Numbered from the stretch's first letter, positions 38,561-50,147 are shown. The stretch is 64,000 nucleotides of DNA from an uncultured Nitrososphaerales archaeon (GCA_963841565.1 CAWJCY010000001.1:32001-96000), one strand, 5' to 3'. Numbers and translations are program-made. The notes: generated by a model not told the origin, from the letters alone.

Positions 38561-39465
38561 TTTATTGGCGCCTCCGTCATAAGTTTAAGCAGTTTTTTTG
38601 CAACCGTGTCTAGCTGAGCTGTGTCATTGCCATCAATAAACTCGACTCTCCTCTTGGCCTTCGCCTTTGGAATCTTTTCTACTTTATACACAATCGTTGG
38701 CGAACCAGGAAGACCAACAAACTTAGGATCTGCTCCGAGACCTTCCGAATTATATACTTGAAGATATTTTTCATAATTGTCGGCCTTGCTTCTTGCTTCG
38801 TTGAGATTCCTCGCTAAGGAGAGCCTCTCCGACACTGTATTAAATGAGGGTTTGTATGAAGGATCGGCTGAAATGAAAACTGGTAAAGGAGCCCGAATCT
38901 CTTCTATCACATCATAAAACCCGTATAATGAGATGAATCGTTTAGCATGGATACTCCTACTCTCTTGATCGATATGAAAGTCGATGACATTACCTATGAA
39001 CGGATAACCCAGTTTCCATGCAGTCTGTGGGCCAGTTTGGCCAGTTTCGCCGTCCGATGCTCTATGACCAGAAATGACGATATCGGCACCCAAACCGTTG
39101 TTCATTCGTGATACGCCCAGTCTAAGTACCTCTGCAGTCGCCAAGGTATCCGCGCCGGCAAATATCCTGTCGCTGTACAAGTGCAATTCATCGGCATTGG
39201 AAATGATTTGAGCCTGTTGCAATGCTTGATTAGCGATGGGCGGTCCCATCGTACCAATTGCCACTCTAGCGTCATATTTTACCTTACAATAAAAGGCAGC
39301 CAGTGTGGCTGCAGCGCTATGAGGGCCAAGTATATTTTTTGTTTCTGCCCTGTTAAGTGTGCCATCAGGATTATAACTTACGTTTCCTTCACTAAAGTCC
39401 GGCTCTAATTTGACGATTACTCCCACATTCAATGGTCGTACTGGCATGCAGTCATACCTACCCAT
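38557..39465 (-). CDS. fixA: Electron transfer flavoprotein beta subunit
   Basis: TMGPP, SDR.FAGADTLAT, DGETGQTGP and GLPGSPT. Confidence 0.92.
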   Translation of the reverse strand: MGRYDCMPVRPLNVGVIVKLEPDFSEGNVSYNPDGTLNRAETKNILGPHSAAATLAAFYCKVKYDARVAIGTMGPPIANQALQQAQIISNADELHLYSDRIFAGADTLATAEVLRLGVSRMNNGLGADIVISGHRASDGETGQTGPQTAWKLGYPFIGNVIDFHIDQESRSIHAKRFISLYGFYDVIEEIRAPLPVFISADPSYKPSFNTVSERLSLARNLNEARSKADNYEKYLQVYNSEGLGADPKFVGLPGSPTIVYKVEKIPKAKAKRRVEFIDGNDTAQLDTVAKKLLKLMTEAPIK

Positions 39466-39585
39466 AGATACCCTTTAAATGGCTTTTGGACGATGCTCAC
39501 AAGTAATCTTCACAATAAGAAGACTAAAACTAGATTGGATACTATGTGTTGACAGAAACTAAGGATTATGAATATGCATTCATTT

Positions 39586-40314
39586 CTACTGGGCTTGAGG
39601 TAAGCTTAAGGTTTGCTCAAGATAATACGAACGCAATTGTTCGTATAAGCCCCTCAATTCCTTGTATAACTCTGGCATTCTTGGCTCTAATATCGTATAG
39701 GATAGATAAAAGTCCTCCGCCTCCAAAAGGTATCTTTTTATCTTCTTATAGACTACGGGTTTCTTATTCGTTGAAGCGGTATACTCTATGAACTTCATGT
39801 TGTTCACCCGATCTAAAAGCTTGATGCACTTGAGGTCATAATCTGCATTGGCCAAATGAGCACAATAGTTTTGAAATCTTTCTTGTTCAATGTCTTTTTT
39901 AGCGGCCTTACTCCCGTATGATTCAAGTGAGGGAGTTTTTAAAGTGTGAAGCACATTAAGCACGCGACTTCCGAACTGATATCGCAGATATGCGTCAAAT
40001 CCATAAGATCTAGTTTCATAAAGATTAAGGATTCGATCATTATCCTCTAGGACGTCATGTAGAACCGCGCTTGCAATCTCCACTGTTGTAATGGCTTTGT
40101 TATTCTGCCTATAATGAACTGTCACGTTTTTTGCCACTGGCCAAATATGGGTATTTAAGAATGAAGATACCCCGTCTTCTCTTTTGACACCTTCATGAAC
40201 TTCTTCGGCAACAGCCATCGCGCTCTCAAGGAAACCATCTACTCGAATATTTGCATCGTTTTCTAAAAACAAAAGAAAGGATTCTTTGCTAAGCGATTCG
40301 ATGGACAATTCCAT
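39586..40314 (-). CDS. Standalone RelA/SpoT-hydrolase-like HD protein (Mesh1/SAH-like)
   Basis: H.G..R.DG...H, AVLHDVLED, FG..V...V..L and IKLLDR.NN motifs. Confidence 0.78.
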   Translation of the reverse strand: MELSIESLSKESFLLFLENDANIRVDGFLESAMAVAEEVHEGVKREDGVSSFLNTHIWPVAKNVTVHYRQNNKAITTVEIASAVLHDVLEDNDRILNLYETRSYGFDAYLRYQFGSRVLNVLHTLKTPSLESYGSKAAKKDIEQERFQNYCAHLANADYDLKCIKLLDRVNNMKFIEYTASTNKKPVVYKKIKRYLLEAEDFYLSYTILEPRMPELYKELRGLYEQLRSYYLEQTLSLPQAQ

Positions 40315-40389
40315 ATTATGATATAATCGGAGTTAAAGAAAAGGTTTGCTCGACGTTTTTTGGTCAAATGAAAAAAGGCCTAATTAAAG

Positions 40390-40413
40390 ATTCACTCATT
40401 CGCTCATTCGCTC
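40390..40413. repeat. 8-bp tandem repeat x3 (ATTCRCTC)
   Basis: ATTCACTC ATTCGCTC ATTCGCTC. Confidence 0.6.
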
Positions 40414-40715
40414 AATGACCACAGCCCCATTAATACATCAATCTAGTACCGATCAAAATTTGAATCATAAGTTCTCCTATTTTCTTAATGAAATCTCATT
40501 CCCTCTAGGCACAGCAAAGTCTCACAATACATACCAGACCATTCGTCTAACATGATCTTTCCGAGTAACACCATTGTGATTAGGTTTTAAGATTCGCTCC
40601 GAAAATTTTTCTTTACAATCTGTTAGTGCGACCGCTCACGTTGAAACCGCCTGTTCGCAAACCTAGAACACAATTATTTATCGATCTAGATTATGTTAAT
40701 TAAGTCACTTTAGGA

Positions 40716-40742
40716 GTGACGGCAGTGACTGCAATGACTGCA
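40716..40742. repeat. 9-bp tandem repeat x3 (RTGACKGCA)
   Basis: GTGACGGCA GTGACTGCA ATGACTGCA. Confidence 0.6.
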
Positions 40743-41156
40743 AGTCTAGTTCTTACACGAAATACTGTGGCATTATTAGTTGGGATCAAAGTCCATAATT
40801 TTATGTACAAGATATGTTCGATGCCTAATTACCGACGCAATTTCATGTTCTCTTTAATATCTAAGTCACGATAATAATAATTAAAAATACTCAGATAACA
40901 TACCCCTAGCGCGTATGCAACTGGGAGATTGACCTAGACACCCTGAGGGCCTTTTGGAAGTCTCTTATCAGCCCTACTAGTTCCAATTTAATTCCATTGC
41001 TACTGGCATTGGCTAAGCCCTTGTCTCCTTTTTGCGGAAAACGGAAAGTCCCTCTTCTAGGTCATTGCCGCTCTCTTAGGCATTTTCCAAATTACGTTCT
41101 GGAGATAGATGAATTTGCGAGTCCCCGATCATAGTCAGTAAATCATATTATCATAT

Positions 41157-41172
41157 TATTGCAATTGCAATA
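41157..41172. promoter_or_regulatory. Perfect 16-bp palindrome, candidate operator
   Basis: TATTGCAATTGCAATA, about 15-20 bp before an AT-rich TATA-like stretch. Confidence 0.35.
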
Positions 41173-41454
41173 TGCACATGTAGATCCAAAAATATATAAC
41201 ATAATTACAATAACCTAGTCTATCTAATGAATTTTTATTATCACGTTGCGAACTTGTTCAACGGAGTCCAACCGTTTATTTCGGACCAAACTAGTTATCA
41301 AAGCTATTCGTATTGTGAAACAATAACTGCATTAGCCAAATTGCTCTTTTTCATCAATTTAGAGCAAAAAAAATACATGTGTAGATGAATCTTTTCCTTT
41401 GATTTAGGTTTGTAAATAGTATTATATTCGCGTAATGATCTTTGTAAGGATGAA

Positions 41455-43429
41455 TTGTCTAGGAGCAATACTAAGTCTGGTAAGTTCATGCTGTCTCCGA
41501 ATAGCTTTCCTCCAAGTGGAGATCAGCCAATTGCGATATCCAAACTTTCATACGGAGCCCTAGAGAAGAGTGGTTGCCAGACTCTACTTGGGGTTACTGG
41601 TAGTGGGAAAACCTTTACAATTGCAAATGTGATAGCAGCTGTTAACAAGAACACTCTAATAATATCCCACAATAAGACGTTAGCAGCTCAGCTTTACACC
41701 GAACTAAAGGAATTTTTCCCGCAAAACAATGTAGGTTATTTTGTGAGCTTTTATGATTACTATCAACCAGAGAGTTACCTCCCTCAGACGGACACTTACA
41801 TTGAAAAGGACACTGAGATAAACGAAAGAATAGAGAAGATGCGGTTAGAGGCTACAGCAATGTTAATGTCTGGGGAGCCTACCATCATAGTTGCTACCGT
41901 TTCATGTATATACTCTATAGGCTCTCCTGTTGAATGGGACCAGAATTCAATACTGCTAGACAAAAATTCGAAGGTTGACCGAAAGTGGATTATCGGTAGG
42001 CTTATAGATGCTCGTTACGAAAGGAATGATCTTTCATTAAAGGCTGGAGGATTTAGAGTTCGTGGTGATACTATTGACATTATCCCTGCATACTCTGAGG
42101 AACTTTTGAGGATAGAGCTCTTTGGGCAAAATATCGAAATAATGTCTCTTCACGATCCTATCACCATGGATATCAAGAGAGAGATACAGAGAGTTAAGAT
42201 ATTCCCAGCCAAACATTATGTTGTTAGTGACGACAGAAGACAATCAGCTATCTTAGCTATTCGTCGGGAGCTTGAAGAATCGCTACCCAATCTCTCTTCT
42301 GAACTTGAAAGGCAGAGGCTCACCTCCAGAACTAATTATGATACAGAAATGATACAAGAGTTGGGCTATTGTCAAGGTATAGAAAATTACTCCAGACACT
42401 TCGACGGAAGAAATCCTGGTGATCCTCCGTATTGCCTTTTGGATTTCTTCGGTGAGGATTTCATTCTGGTTTTAGACGAGTCTCATGTTACTATACCTCA
42501 GCTACATGCTATGTTTAATGGTGATTATGGAAGGAAGAAAACACTTATTGATTTTGGATTTCGACTCCCAAGTGCGAGCAGATAATCGACCTTTGAAATT
42601 CAAAGAGTTTGAAGAGTACATGAACAACGTAATTTTCATTTCAGCTACCCCAGCCGATTATGAATTGAAACGGAGTTGGCAGGTTGTCGAGCAATTAGTA
42701 AGGCCAACCGGTCTAGTTGATCCTGTAGTTGAGGTGCGAGAGGCCCGAAATCAAATGCAAGACCTAATCCAAGAGATTCGAAGGCAAATAAAGAAGAAGC
42801 AGAGGACGCTAGTCACAACTTTGACAAAGAGGATGTCAGAAGACCTTGCAGATTTCTTAACTAAAAAAAATATTAGAGTAAGGTATATTCATTCGGAGAT
42901 AAAAGGCTTGGATAGAACTGAGCTCCTGCGTCAATTGAGAATCGGAGAGTTCGACGTATTGGTAGGTGTAAATCTACTTAGGGAAGGTCTTGATCTCCCC
43001 GAAGTATCACTAGTCGCAATTTTGGATGCTGACAAGGAAGGCTTTTTACGAAATTCTACCAGCCTTGTGCAGACTTTTGGAAGGGCTGCAAGAAATATTG
43101 ATGGAAGAGTTCTCCTTTACGCGGAGAGGGTCACTGATTCAATGAAACGAGCAATTGGTGAGAGCGATCGGCGGCGTGAAAAGCAGGTTGAATATAATAC
43201 GAGAAATAACATTGTACCAAGATCCATTGTGAAACCCATAACAAGCGCTGAGAATGATTCAATAGATGTGAATATTAAATCAATGAGTCGGTCAGATCTT
43301 GCTAAACTCGCGCGCAATACAGAAGCTCAAATGATAAAGAATGCAGATGATCTTAATTTTGAACGTGCAATTGATTTGAGAAGCAAATTGTACAAAATAA
43401 AAAAAGCCTTAGGAGAACCTGTATTTTAG
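41455..43429 (+). CDS. uvrB: Excinuclease ABC subunit B (apparent +1 frameshift near 42577)
   Basis: GVTGSGKT, YDYYQPE, DESH and GFRLPSA in ORF1; DNRPL, SATP, RPTG, LREGLDLPEV and GRAARN in ORF2. Confidence 0.95.
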
Positions 43430-43441
43430 AGGACTTAGGGA

Positions 43442-46358
43442 TTGTCTATGGTTGACAATATAATCGTAAAGGGAGCGCGCGAGCATAATTTGAAGAACAT
43501 AAGTGTTACTATCCCAAGGGATAAAATAGTAGTTTTTACTGGCCTGTCTGGCTCAGGCAAATCTACTCTTGCATTTGATACGATCTATGCGGAGGGACAA
43601 CGCAGATACGTGGAGTCATTATCAGCCTATGCTAGGCAGTTTTTAGAACTGATGGACAAACCTGACGTCGATTCTATTGATGGACTCTCTCCGGCTATTT
43701 CGATTCAGCAGAAAACGACAAACAAGAACCCACGTTCCACCGTGGGCACGGTTACAGAGATTTACGACTACCTACGTTTGCTGTACGCTCGAATAGGAAT
43801 TCCGTTTTGTCCCAATTGTGAACGAAGAATCAGTCGACAATCAACAGACGCCATCAGTGATTCGATACTTACATCTTTTGAATCAAGAACTGGGATTCTG
43901 CTCGCCCCATTAGTACGAGAGAAAAAGGGATCTTTTAGAAAGCTACTGGAAGGCCTAAGAAAAGACGGATTTCCGAAGGTAAGGATTGATGGCGTATCGA
44001 CGAATTTAGATAGTTACGCCAATAGCAATCAGGTAGGTGGTAATGCCGAGAGGGGGTCAAATTTACCTGATCTGGACAAAAAAAAGAAACATTCCATCGA
44101 GGTGGTTGTCGACAGGCTCGAAATATCCAAGGAGGAGCGAGCCCGGATAATTGAGTCAGTTCAATTGGCATTGCGTTTAGGCGAGCGGATTGGTTGCTAT
44201 GCTAGTGGATAACGAAGTACACCTCTATTCTCAGCAAAATGCATGCCCTAAATGCGGAATAAGCATGGCTGAGTTGGAGCCTCGCTCCTTTTCATTTAAC
44301 TCGCCATTTGGGGCTTGCAAAGCCTGCAATGGATTAGGCTTCAAGCTAAAATTCGACCCTGATTTAATAATTCCTGATAGGTCCAAAAGCATACTGGAAG
44401 GGGCTATCAAGCCTTGGCTAGGACGATTCGCTTCTTTCAGGTCCTCGAAACTCAGAGATGTTGGTAAACATTTCGGTTTTAATTTGAATGTGCCTATCTC
44501 GAAATTTACTGAAGATCAACTTAAGGTAATCCTTTATGGGACCGATAGACGCATTCATTATATTTACAGGTCGAGAAATTCGGAAAGCAAGTGGGAATAC
44601 ACTGGAAATTTCGAAGGCGTAATTCCCAATCTGGAAAGGCTCTTTAGTCAGACCGAATCCGATTCAAAGCGAGAAGAAATAGCCAAGTATATGCGAGAAC
44701 ATCTATGTGAGTTTTGTGGGGGGAAAAGGCTTAGAAAAGAAGCGCTATCAGTAAAGATTGACGGCAAATCCATAATGGACGTGTGCAATCTTTCAATTGG
44801 TGATTGCCTGGAATTCTTTAATCAAATTGCGCTTTCAACGAATGATCTGATCATTTCAAGAACCATATTGAAAGAGGTAAGAGCTCGCCTACAATTCCTA
44901 TTGGATGTAGGCTTAGACTATCTACAGCTAAATTGTACTGTCTCTACGTTGTCAGGAGGTGAATCGCAGCGAATTAGGTTGGCTACTCAAATTGGTTCGA
45001 ATCTTTCAGGGGTTCTCTATGTCCTAGATGAGCCAACCATTGGGTTACATCAAAGGGACAATGCAAAGCTCATTGCAACTCTGAAAAAACTTAGGGAATT
45101 AGGGAATTCGCTTATCATCGTCGAACATGATGAGGAGGTAATAAGAAGTTCTGATTGGGTACTGGATCTGGGACCAGGAGCTGGTAACCATGGAGGCAAG
45201 GTTGTAGCAAGTGGGAATGTAGAAGACGTATCTAAGTCGGTTGAATCAGTTACCGGCCAATACCTAACTGGCGTGTTGCTTGTCACAAGACCAAAGGATA
45301 AGAGAAGGAGTGCAAATAAATTCATCACAGTCCTTAGAGCAGAAGAGAATAATTTAAAGAACATTGATGTCTCCTTCCCGTTGGGTTGTTTAACTCTAGT
45401 TACTGGTGTCTCTGGTTCGGGGAAGTCCACTCTGGTCAATGATATACTGTTTAGAGGATTATCTGCTCATTTCTATCATTCTCGAGAACGGATAGGGAAA
45501 CACAAAGGGATTAGTGGACTTGAGTTGGTGGACAAGGTTATTGGAATCGATCAATCCCCAATTGGTCGTACTCCCAGATCAAATGCTGCAACCTATGTAA
45601 ATGCATTCACTCCTATAAGAGAACTATTCTCAAATACTCCTATGGCGAAGGAAAAAGGATTCAAGCCTGGAAGATTTTCCTTTAATGTTCCCGATGGCAG
45701 ATGCGAAGAATGCGAAGGTGTCGGGGTAAAGCGAATTGAGATGCAGTTCCTAGCTGACGTGTATGTAACCTGCGATACCTGTAAGGGTAAAAGGTACAAT
45801 TCAGAAACTCTAAGCATTACCTTCAAAAAAAAGACAGTCGCAGAAATCTTGGCTATGACTGTCGATGAAGCACTAGAGTTCTTTTCGAATATTCCAAGCA
45901 TATACAGAAAATTAGTCTTTCTTAGTAACGTTGGTCTAGGTTACATACGTCTGGGGCAACCGGCGACAACGCTTTCGGGCGGGGAATCTCAAAGGATCAA
46001 ACTTGCGGCAGAACTATCGAAAAAAGATACAGGAAATACCGTCTATATCCTTGATGAGCCTACTACTGGGCTACATTTCGCAGATGTTAGCAAATTGCTT
46101 TATGTCTTGCAAAGATTGGTTGACATTGGCAACACTGTGATCGTTATAGAGCATAATTTAGATGTGATCGCCTCTGCCGACTGGATAATTGATCTTGGGC
46201 CTGAAGGAGGACAATTGGGAGGAAGGATAGTTGCTTCCGGCACACCGGAAGAGATAGCACGAAATGATTGCAGTCACACAGGTAAATACCTCAAATCAAA
46301 ATTGTTTCCAAACCAGGTACTTAACACTATGATAAGAGAACAGGATGCAAGAAAATGA
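43442..46358 (+). CDS. uvrA: Excinuclease ABC subunit A (apparent +1 frameshift near 44184)
   Basis: [17 protein letters not shown], two LSGGESQR signatures, Zn fingers and GVSGSGKS. Confidence 0.95.
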
Positions 46359-48004
46359 GCCTAGAACAAAAAATCATTCACATTCCCGACTGTCCGGGTG
46401 TCTATTTTATGAAAGATCAGAGCGGTCGAGTAATATATATTGGCAAAGCAAAAAATCTAAAAAAGAGACTAAAAAGTTATGTTGTGAACAAGTTTAATGA
46501 TGGTTATCACGCAATCAAGACAGCACGATTACTCTCAAGGGTTTCAGACATTGATTTCATTGTCACACTCAATGAAACAGAAGCATTTCTTCTCGAATCA
46601 AGTTTGATAAAACAGTATAGGCCAATGTTTAATATCGAGCTGAAGTATCAGCAAAAATATACATATCTGAAAATAACGGAGGAGGAATTCCCTCGTCTTC
46701 TTGTCGCTCGAAGGAACAGAAATGGCGACTTTTTTGGTCCTAAGGGAAAGGTCTACGGTCCATTTGTTTATGGTAGCTCCAAGATATTGTCCACAGGATC
46801 GTTGAGAAGATTGTTTAAGGTGAGAATTTGTAAAACATTGCCTAAAAAGCCTTGTTTAGAATTTTTTCTTAAGAATTGTGAGGCTCCATGTATTGGGAAT
46901 GTAACAAGAGATCAATATAGGGACAAGGTGACGATGTTACATGAGGTGCTTACAAAAAGGAGCAATATGGAAGAATTAAAAGGTAGATTGAGAGAAGAAA
47001 TGACTGAAGCATCAAGAAAACACAAATATGAGCTAGCAAAGGACCTTCGCGATACTATTCAAAGGCTTGAGAATATTGCAGTAAAACAAAAAGTAGAAAC
47101 AAATTCAAATCGAGGTGCAGATGAAGAATTCTTCGGTTTCATGGCGAACGAAGATACGGGAGTTGCCCACGTACTTACGTTGAAGCGTAGAAAAGGAGTA
47201 ATAATGGATAGGAATCATGCTAGCTTTGACCTCGTAGGAGATAATTCCTTATCTACATTCATAACGCAGTACTATAATTCAGATAGTATGATTCCAAGGT
47301 ATATTTATATAAATGAAAAAATTCAAGAGGCTGAAGCACTTCAAAGGTATTTAGAATCTATCTCCGGGCATAAAGTAACAATACTACCAGTTCAAAAGAG
47401 GCTTCATCATGACGATAGAAGTAAAATTATGGATTTAATTATGACAAACCTATTTCTCTACGTCGAACAAGGGTATCACCCGTCTCTTCTAAATCTTAGG
47501 AACAGGCTACAATTAGAATCTATACCATATATTATCGACTGTTTCGATGTATCAAATTTAGGAACAAGTATAGCTGTCGGCGCGTGTGTACGGTTTGTAA
47601 ATGGTGAATGTTCCAAATCCGGATATCGGAGATTCAGAATTCAAAATAAGGAAATACAAGATGATTTTGCCATGATAGAGGAGATAGTTAGGAGAAGGTA
47701 TCGACCAGATTCTAGTGAGAGTGTAAGCAAGGGTTTGCCACTGCCGGACATGATACTTATAGATGGAGGTAGGGGACAGCTAAACTGTGCAATCAAATCT
47801 TTGAAATCTCTTGGCTTGGAAATACCTTGTTTCTCTCTTGCCAAAGGTAATGAAGAAATCTATTCAACGAGTAGGAAGTACCCTCTCATTCTACCTGCTA
47901 ATGATGAAGGGTTAAGATTACTTAGGTATGTAAGGGATGAATCTCACAGGTTCGGCCTTAAATACAACATCAACATTCGCAGAAGTGCGGTTGGGAACCA
48001 ATGA
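46355..48004 (+). CDS. uvrC: Excinuclease ABC subunit C
   Basis: GIY-YIG domain (PGVY..IYIGKAKNL), UVR domain and RNase H-like domain (CFDVSN, IDGGRGQ, RDESHRF). Confidence 0.94.
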   Translation: MSLEQKIIHIPDCPGVYFMKDQSGRVIYIGKAKNLKKRLKSYVVNKFNDGYHAIKTARLLSRVSDIDFIVTLNETEAFLLESSLIKQYRPMFNIELKYQQKYTYLKITEEEFPRLLVARRNRNGDFFGPKGKVYGPFVYGSSKILSTGSLRRLFKVRICKTLPKKPCLEFFLKNCEAPCIGNVTRDQYRDKVTMLHEVLTKRSNMEELKGRLREEMTEASRKHKYELAKDLRDTIQRLENIAVKQKVETNSNRGADEEFFGFMANEDTGVAHVLTLKRRKGVIMDRNHASFDLVGDNSLSTFITQYYNSDSMIPRYIYINEKIQEAEALQRYLESISGHKVTILPVQKRLHHDDRSKIMDLIMTNLFLYVEQGYHPSLLNLRNRLQLESIPYIIDCFDVSNLGTSIAVGACVRFVNGECSKSGYRRFRIQNKEIQDDFAMIEEIVRRRYRPDSSESVSKGLPLPDMILIDGGRGQLNCAIKSLKSLGLEIPCFSLAKGNEEIYSTSRKYPLILPANDEGLRLLRYVRDESHRFGLKYNINIRRSAVGNQ

Positions 48005-48078
48005 CCAAGTATAATATTTCAGACAACCATTTTTTGGATGCTATTTGAGCCTGAAAACTGCGGAAACAGATTTATGAG

Positions 48079-49473
48079 GTGAGTAGGTACCTATTGCAAA
48101 AGCCGGTGTTTGTCATCGCTGGAACAACTAGCGGTGTAGGAAAAACGACTGTATCAATGGGAATTATGCGTAAACTTGTAGAATGTGGATTTATGGTTCA
48201 ACCCTTTAAGATTGGTCCAGACTTTATCGATCCTTGTTACCATACTTTCGTTACTGGTCGTCAGTCAAGGAACCTTGATCTCTGGCTAATGGGAAAAAAA
48301 GGAGTTTTAGAATGTTTTGATAGAAGTTCTTGGGATGCAGATCTCTCTGTAATTGAGGGGGTAATGGGCCTATTTGACGGGATCTCTGGGAAGAGGAATT
48401 TCGGAAGTACTGCACATGTCTCTAAGATACTTGATGCTTCAGTTATCTTAGTAGTAGATGCAGCCAAAACTTCACAATCCGTAGCTGCTATGATTCTTGG
48501 GTATACAAAGTTTGATCCTTGCCTGAATGTGGCCGGGATTATCATAAACAATGTTGGGAGCCAAAAACATTCTAACATGATACTTGAAGCATTGGGTGTT
48601 CACGTAAAGAAAAAACTTCTTGGGATCATTTACAGAAATGAGGAGATCCGTTCCGCCGAAAGGTATTTGGGGCTTATCCCCCCTATAGAAATTAAAGGCA
48701 AGGCTAAAAATGCTATTCTGAATTGTGCTAAATATGTTGCTGATCAGATCAACCTTGATAGCATACTGCCGCTTAAGAGCCGCAAAAGAAATCAAATTAA
48801 AGCTCACCGACAGCTTAAAAAAGAAAGAGAACCCTTATGTAAAATTGCCGTCGCATTTGATGAATCATTTAATTTTTATTATGATGATAATCTAAGTTCA
48901 CTTAGGAAAAATGGTGCCTCGTTAGTTTTTTTTAGCCCTATCAAAGATATGTCGGTACCGAAGGATGCTGACGGACTCCTGATAGGTGGAGGTTTTCCCG
49001 AAATATTGGCGCAACGATTAGAAATGAATCATTCAATGAAAATGTCAATACACAAATCGATTGTCAATGGAATGCCCACAATGGCGGAATGTGGCGGGTT
49101 AATGTACTTGACAAAAGTAATAAATGACAATCGAAGAATGAAACGGGGAAGATATTCGATGGTCGGTATTTTTGATACAGAAACTTCCATGACCAACAGA
49201 GTTACAATTGGGTATACTGAGGCTCAAGGTAGTGGTGAGCTAATGGATCGAATCTCTCATATCCACGGCCACGAATTTCACTATTCTGAATTAGTAAACG
49301 TATCTTCAGATTCTCAATTCTCATTTGACATGCAAAGGGGGCGAGGAATTAATGGGAAATACGATGGTTTAACCTATAACGCATGCGTTGCATCATATAT
49401 GCACTTACATTTTGCGGATACGAGAATACTTGGAAGAATTTTAGATAGGTGTGTACATTTTAGAAGGCGGTAA
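48079..49473 (+). CDS. cbiA: Cobyrinate a,c-diamide synthase
   Basis: SGVGKTT, FKIGPDFID, IEGVMGLFDG, FNFYY, GGGFPE, AECGGLMYL and GHEFH. Confidence 0.93.
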   Translation: MSRYLLQKPVFVIAGTTSGVGKTTVSMGIMRKLVECGFMVQPFKIGPDFIDPCYHTFVTGRQSRNLDLWLMGKKGVLECFDRSSWDADLSVIEGVMGLFDGISGKRNFGSTAHVSKILDASVILVVDAAKTSQSVAAMILGYTKFDPCLNVAGIIINNVGSQKHSNMILEALGVHVKKKLLGIIYRNEEIRSAERYLGLIPPIEIKGKAKNAILNCAKYVADQINLDSILPLKSRKRNQIKAHRQLKKEREPLCKIAVAFDESFNFYYDDNLSSLRKNGASLVFFSPIKDMSVPKDADGLLIGGGFPEILAQRLEMNHSMKMSIHKSIVNGMPTMAECGGLMYLTKVINDNRRMKRGRYSMVGIFDTETSMTNRVTIGYTEAQGSGELMDRISHIHGHEFHYSELVNVSSDSQFSFDMQRGRGINGKYDGLTYNACVASYMHLHFADTRILGRILDRCVHFRRR

Positions 49474-50147
49474 ATCTCATATAAGGTAACTTTCTGTAAA
49501 GCTTTTGATTTTTCCCAGTATTGATGAACCTCAATTATTCGGCTATGTCAGCGAGCATTTTACTCTCTCTAATATACAAAGCAGATGACTTAGACTGAGT
49601 ATACTACTAAGGGTAAAATTACTTCGCCACCTTTTGGCTACTAATAAAGTGACAGGCCTATGGTTTGCAGTCAGTGCTCGCATTCGTTTGATCGGTGCAT
49701 GCATTTAAGATACTCATGTGACAAAGTCCACCATTTTCCATAGGAAGTAATGTCAAATATAAAGCTGAATTGTACTTCAACTATAAGAAGAATCTGTTCT
49801 TCCAAACTACCATGGGTTGTTTGAAGTGAAAATATGTGGTTTTATCTCAAATAGAATTACTTAACACGAATTATGGCAATTTTGACTTAAATAACTGAGG
49901 GCGAAAAATTCCCGGAGCTGTATCAACGGCCTGATTTGTAATGCAAGATGTTGTGAACTTAGACTGCCCTAAGGGGGTTGTCTAGAACAAGTATACTTTA
50001 TTTTTTAGGTTATGCCCAGAATTGATCATATTTCATGTAGTTCCTGTATTACAGGCTAAATACTGCTAACTAGAAGAATTGAAATCGATCAATTTGGTGT
50101 TAGCTCAAAGGTATTAGTCATAAACCAATAATGCTCGGACGAGGGTA

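Noticed and set aside
41041-41052. ACGGAAAGTCCC, shared with 53978-53989 (minus strand) and reminiscent of the RNase P GAGGAAAGUCC motif
   Set aside because: 12-mer matches are expected by chance in 64 kb, and I found no matching 3' P4 partner or GC-rich RNase P body
41249-41260. GAAC-TT-GTTC as an SOS box upstream of uvrB
   Set aside because: The Gram-positive SOS box needs a 4-nt spacer, and archaea lack LexA
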